DNA of 59,990 nucleotides from a virus: IMG/VR virus record IMGVR_UViG_3300035533_000010, positions 1 to 59,990 of that record; one strand, 5' to 3'. Shown piece by piece: positions 57,129 to 59,990 of this stretch (position 1 is its first letter; each line of letters starts with the position of its first letter). The notes under the pieces were generated by a model. It saw only the letters and a program-made list of their open reading frames with translations, ran no database searches and was not told where the DNA came from. The position numbers and the translations under genes were made by a program.

Positions 57129-59014
57129 TGGGTTACTTAGACTATGGCGGCGACACCACAGGGAAATCAGCGTTTCTTGATAAAATCAAGGAGATGCTGA
57201 CGGAATTATATACCACCTATGTTGCGGAGATAGAGGATGCAAGGGGAACGGATACAGACCTTGGCGCACGCCTTGACACGTTTCAGGATGACATCACCAC
57301 CTATGTTGCGGAGATAGAGGATGCAAGGGGAACGGATACAGACCTTGGCGCACGCCTTGACACGTTTCGGGATGACATCACCCTTCTTGGCAACGCAGAA
57401 CTTCCCATCCAGACTGGAAATTCAGGCAAATCTCTTATCACTGACGGGTCAACATCATCATGGGCAAATCGGATAAGAACCGATGAAGCCTTGTCAGTGG
57501 ACTCTGAGCTTGTTTTGTTCGATGGCGTCACAGGCCAAAAGATCAAACGCAGCGCCGACACCGGCCTTGTATCTGTCGCTTCCGGGGTTGTAAGTATCGC
57601 AAATATCACCACCAAGGCCGAGGCCGACACATCTTCCGGGGCCGTTGACGTTACATTGACTTCCGCTTCAAACCGGGTCCAGAAAATAACCATAACCGCC
57701 GCTGACAAATACGTCAATCTCCCCGATGCAACCGGGCTTTACAAGGGTGCGGACACATACGTCATTATCAACGATGGAGATTACCGCTTCGGTATAAAAG
57801 ACAACTCCGGGGGCTTCATCGCCTCCGTTGCTCCCCATTCACAAGGTCGCCTATCCCTGCTTGACAACTCAACGGCAGCAGGAACCTGGAAAGCATCTTC
57901 CCCGGCAGACCTGATAATGAACACGCTGAAAACTGAGTGCAACACCGATGCTTCTGATTATATTGCAAGTTGCGCGCTGTCTGCAACTGAGTTATTCGTG
58001 GCGTGGGGCGGAACGGGTGCAGACGGATTTTGTGCTGTTTTGACATTCGGGGCAACAATAACGGTTTCAAATATCCTTGAGTTTGATACCACACAGGCAA
58101 ATTTTATTTCATGTGACGCTATATCTGCGACCGTTGTCGCTGTTGCTTACTCAGGAACAGACTCAGACGGGTACATCGCAGCGATAACATGGGATGGGAC
58201 TGACACGCTAACTGTTACGGATACATACGAGTTTAAGGATGCTGATACAATAACAAATACAAATGTTCATGTAATCACATCGGCTTTGGTTTTTGTAGCA
58301 TATCAAAACACAAACAAGTACACAGTAGTTCAAGTGCTATCCTGGGACGGAGCCAACTTCGGAAGCACCACCGCTGAAAGCACATTGGGCGGAATCGTCC
58401 GCTACTACCCCAAAACCGCCAAAATATCCGGGGATGCCACTGATGCGAAATTCGTTTTGCTTCATTCAGGCGCGGCAATCACAAGCGTATTCAGTGCAAT
58501 CATAACATGGAACAGTTCAACCGGGTTTGCTATAGGGTCAGACACAAGCACTGTAGGTTCAGTAAACTCATCAGGTTATCACATGCCTGTGGTTATAGAC
58601 TCTACTTATTTTATGGTTGCTGGTATGAAATCAGCTGATTCTGGTATATCCCTAAATATGGTGCTATGTAGTATTTCCGGGACAACAATCACAAACAAGC
58701 GGTATCTTTTTTCTGATCAACACGATTTTAGTTATGCACCCATAGGTGGTTTCCTGTTCGATTCTGATACGGTATTTTTATTTACATCCGAAAAGAATTA
58801 CGAAAATTACCTGTATAAAATCAAAGTAGTGGGAGCAGCAGACACTAAAGATTGCATCCTGCAAATTCAGAACAAAATACCTATTGGGTTCAATGCAGAG
58901 GCGATCATGCAATATGGAGACACCTCACTCCTTTCAGGAAGCAACGCCGCAATCGTCTACCGGAACGCCCTTGCATCCAATTACCTATACGCCGAAAAGG
59001 TTGAAATAGCATGA
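57128..59014 (+). CDS. Tail fibre/spike with N-terminal 28-aa tandem duplication and beta-propeller-like C-terminal repeats
   Basis: TTYVAEIEDARGTDTDLGARLDTF(Q/R)DDI occurs twice. Blade-like repeats recur: LFVAWGGTGADGFCAVLTF, VVAVAYSGTDSDGYIAAITWDG, LVFVAYQNTNKYTVVQVLSWDG, FVLLHSGAAITSVFSAIITWN. Confidence 0.65.
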   Translation: MGYLDYGGDTTGKSAFLDKIKEMLTELYTTYVAEIEDARGTDTDLGARLDTFQDDITTYVAEIEDARGTDTDLGARLDTFRDDITLLGNAELPIQTGNSGKSLITDGSTSSWANRIRTDEALSVDSELVLFDGVTGQKIKRSADTGLVSVASGVVSIANITTKAEADTSSGAVDVTLTSASNRVQKITITAADKYVNLPDATGLYKGADTYVIINDGDYRFGIKDNSGGFIASVAPHSQGRLSLLDNSTAAGTWKASSPADLIMNTLKTECNTDASDYIASCALSATELFVAWGGTGADGFCAVLTFGATITVSNILEFDTTQANFISCDAISATVVAVAYSGTDSDGYIAAITWDGTDTLTVTDTYEFKDADTITNTNVHVITSALVFVAYQNTNKYTVVQVLSWDGANFGSTTAESTLGGIVRYYPKTAKISGDATDAKFVLLHSGAAITSVFSAIITWNSSTGFAIGSDTSTVGSVNSSGYHMPVVIDSTYFMVAGMKSADSGISLNMVLCSISGTTITNKRYLFSDQHDFSYAPIGGFLFDSDTVFLFTSEKNYENYLYKIKVVGAADTKDCILQIQNKIPIGFNAEAIMQYGDTSLLSGSNAAIVYRNALASNYLYAEKVEIA

Positions 59015-59595
59015 AAACAATCAAAGACAAAAACAACATCGTCACCCATGCCGGGGAAGATCTGGAATTGACCGCAGAAGGGTTGTTCGGTCCGGGCTTT
59101 CGATCTCCGACTGTCTCGACCAAAACACACACCCTTGAAACGGTTGATTCTATCCCCACCGGTTGGACAGGGGGCGATTACGCCTATGACGGCACATGGA
59201 CATTGACCACTCAAGGAACAGCTAAAAAACAGGCCGAATTTGACGCTGCCAAGGACCAAAAGTACAAAGACCTGTCCCAATACGCCAAAAACATTTTGTC
59301 AAACGCAATGTCCGATTATTCGGAATGGGAAGCGATTTCCTGGCCTCTTCTAATTTCGGAAGCTGACCAGTTCCAAATTGACGGAACTGTGGGGGAATAT
59401 ATGGCTGCTGAAATCGGGGTGAAATATCCCACGGCAGCGGATCTTGCCGCAGTAATTTTACAGAGAAAAGATTCCATGAAAGCACTGAGGGCCGGCGTGG
59501 TAATGGTCAGGCAGGCAAAAGAGGCACAGATTGAGGATGCCGAAACCATGGAAGATCTGAACAAAATCAATATCCAAGAAGGATGGGGCGTATAA
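59011..59595 (+). CDS. Hypothetical tail-module protein
   Basis: 194 aa with ATGA overlap. Confidence 0.6.
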   Translation: MKTIKDKNNIVTHAGEDLELTAEGLFGPGFRSPTVSTKTHTLETVDSIPTGWTGGDYAYDGTWTLTTQGTAKKQAEFDAAKDQKYKDLSQYAKNILSNAMSDYSEWEAISWPLLISEADQFQIDGTVGEYMAAEIGVKYPTAADLAAVILQRKDSMKALRAGVVMVRQAKEAQIEDAETMEDLNKINIQEGWGV

Positions 59596-59596
59596 C

Positions 59597-59990
59597 ATGG
59601 CATTTAACGCAAACGACTATTTGCAGCAGAAAGTAGCCGATTTAAACAGGACTGGATACCAAGGCAAGACATGGGACTTGGCAAGCACGCTCGATGCTTT
59701 CAGAGCGGCAGGTCTAACCCCTGAACAGCATTACCAGCAGTATGGAAAGAATGAAGGGTTTTATAATCCAGCGCCGTCGCCCCAAACGACTGGTCAGTCT
59801 GGATCTGGACTAACGTCAACAACCCCCAGCTTGTATCCCACGCCGTTCAAACCAGACGCCTACATGCAGAACAAGGTAGCACAGCTCAACGATATAGGCT
59901 ATCAGGGCAAGACATGGGACCTTGACAGTACGCTCGATGCTTTAAAGGAGCATGGTCTGACCCCTCAGCAGCACTATGAGCAATACGGCC
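59597..59990 (+). CDS. 5' part of the junction-spanning repeat protein (continues at nt 128 of the circle; 409 aa in total)
   Basis: ATG 59597 lies 2 nt after the previous stop. It holds the first, more divergent copy of the ~88-aa repeat (YLQQKVADLNRTGYQGKTWDLASTLDAFRAAGLTPEQHYQQYGKNEG). It runs in frame into the terminal overlap. Confidence 0.7.
   Translation, partial: MAFNANDYLQQKVADLNRTGYQGKTWDLASTLDAFRAAGLTPEQHYQQYGKNEGFYNPAPSPQTTGQSGSGLTSTTPSLYPTPFKPDAYMQNKVAQLNDIGYQGKTWDLDSTLDALKEHGLTPQQHYEQYG

Noticed and set aside
57213-57380. The tail-fibre repeat as a DGR variable/template repeat pair
   Set aside because: The copies are adjacent with a single non-adenine-specific difference. No reverse transcriptase or accessory gene is present.
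1-59990. Lysogeny module, tRNAs, rRNAs
   Set aside because: I recognised no integrase, excisionase or partition genes, and no cloverleaf-compatible sequence in any intergenic gap. The RHH proteins alone do not establish a temperate lifestyle.

Overview
The window is a complete, circularly closed genome of a tailed dsDNA bacteriophage. Its two ends share 127 identical nt, giving a unique length of 59,863 bp. Gene content is podovirus-like, with no tape-measure or sheath genes seen. There are three main transcription blocks plus one small cluster. (i) A long rightward late block starts at a consensus sigma70-type promoter near 44.13 kb and runs through the contig junction to about 22.3 kb. It holds TerS-like, TerL, portal, scaffold and an N4-type major capsid protein, then two decoration-like paralogs, tail and fibre proteins, and a junction-spanning repeat protein. 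These are followed by internal-protein-like genes, a 3,695-aa polyvalent giant protein and a fibre-like protein. The block ends in a lysis/envelope cassette with two lipoproteins, a BTLCP-like cysteine peptidase, a DUF1353-like protein, a membrane protein and an M15 endolysin. (ii) A leftward early block runs from 28,954 to 22,281. It holds an HTH plus PD-(D/E)xK-like nuclease, an SNF2 helicase, a beta-class DNA methyltransferase, a deoxyribosyltransferase-like protein and a run of zinc-ribbon proteins. (iii) A rightward early/middle block runs from 29,319 to 42,484. It holds an ERF annealase, YqaJ exonuclease, NinB-like protein, Ref-like HNH, AEP primase-polymerase, SF2 helicase, DUF1064 protein and a dNTP-diphosphohydrolase-like protein. 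A small leftward cluster runs from 43,925 to 42,497. The most notable observations are these. An intact IscB with an upstream omega-RNA-like structured region sits in the late/lysis region. The giant protein looks like a multi-effector polyvalent protein. At least six free-standing HNH homing-type genes are present, three of them HNH-AP2 paralogs. Two AT-rich islands carry RHH/wHTH genes with iteron arrays. A promoter-to-terminator structured RNA candidate lies upstream of an HNH gene. No tRNA, rRNA, CRISPR array, integrase or reverse transcriptase was recognised. All functional calls come from motif recognition by eye and need HMM or structure confirmation.
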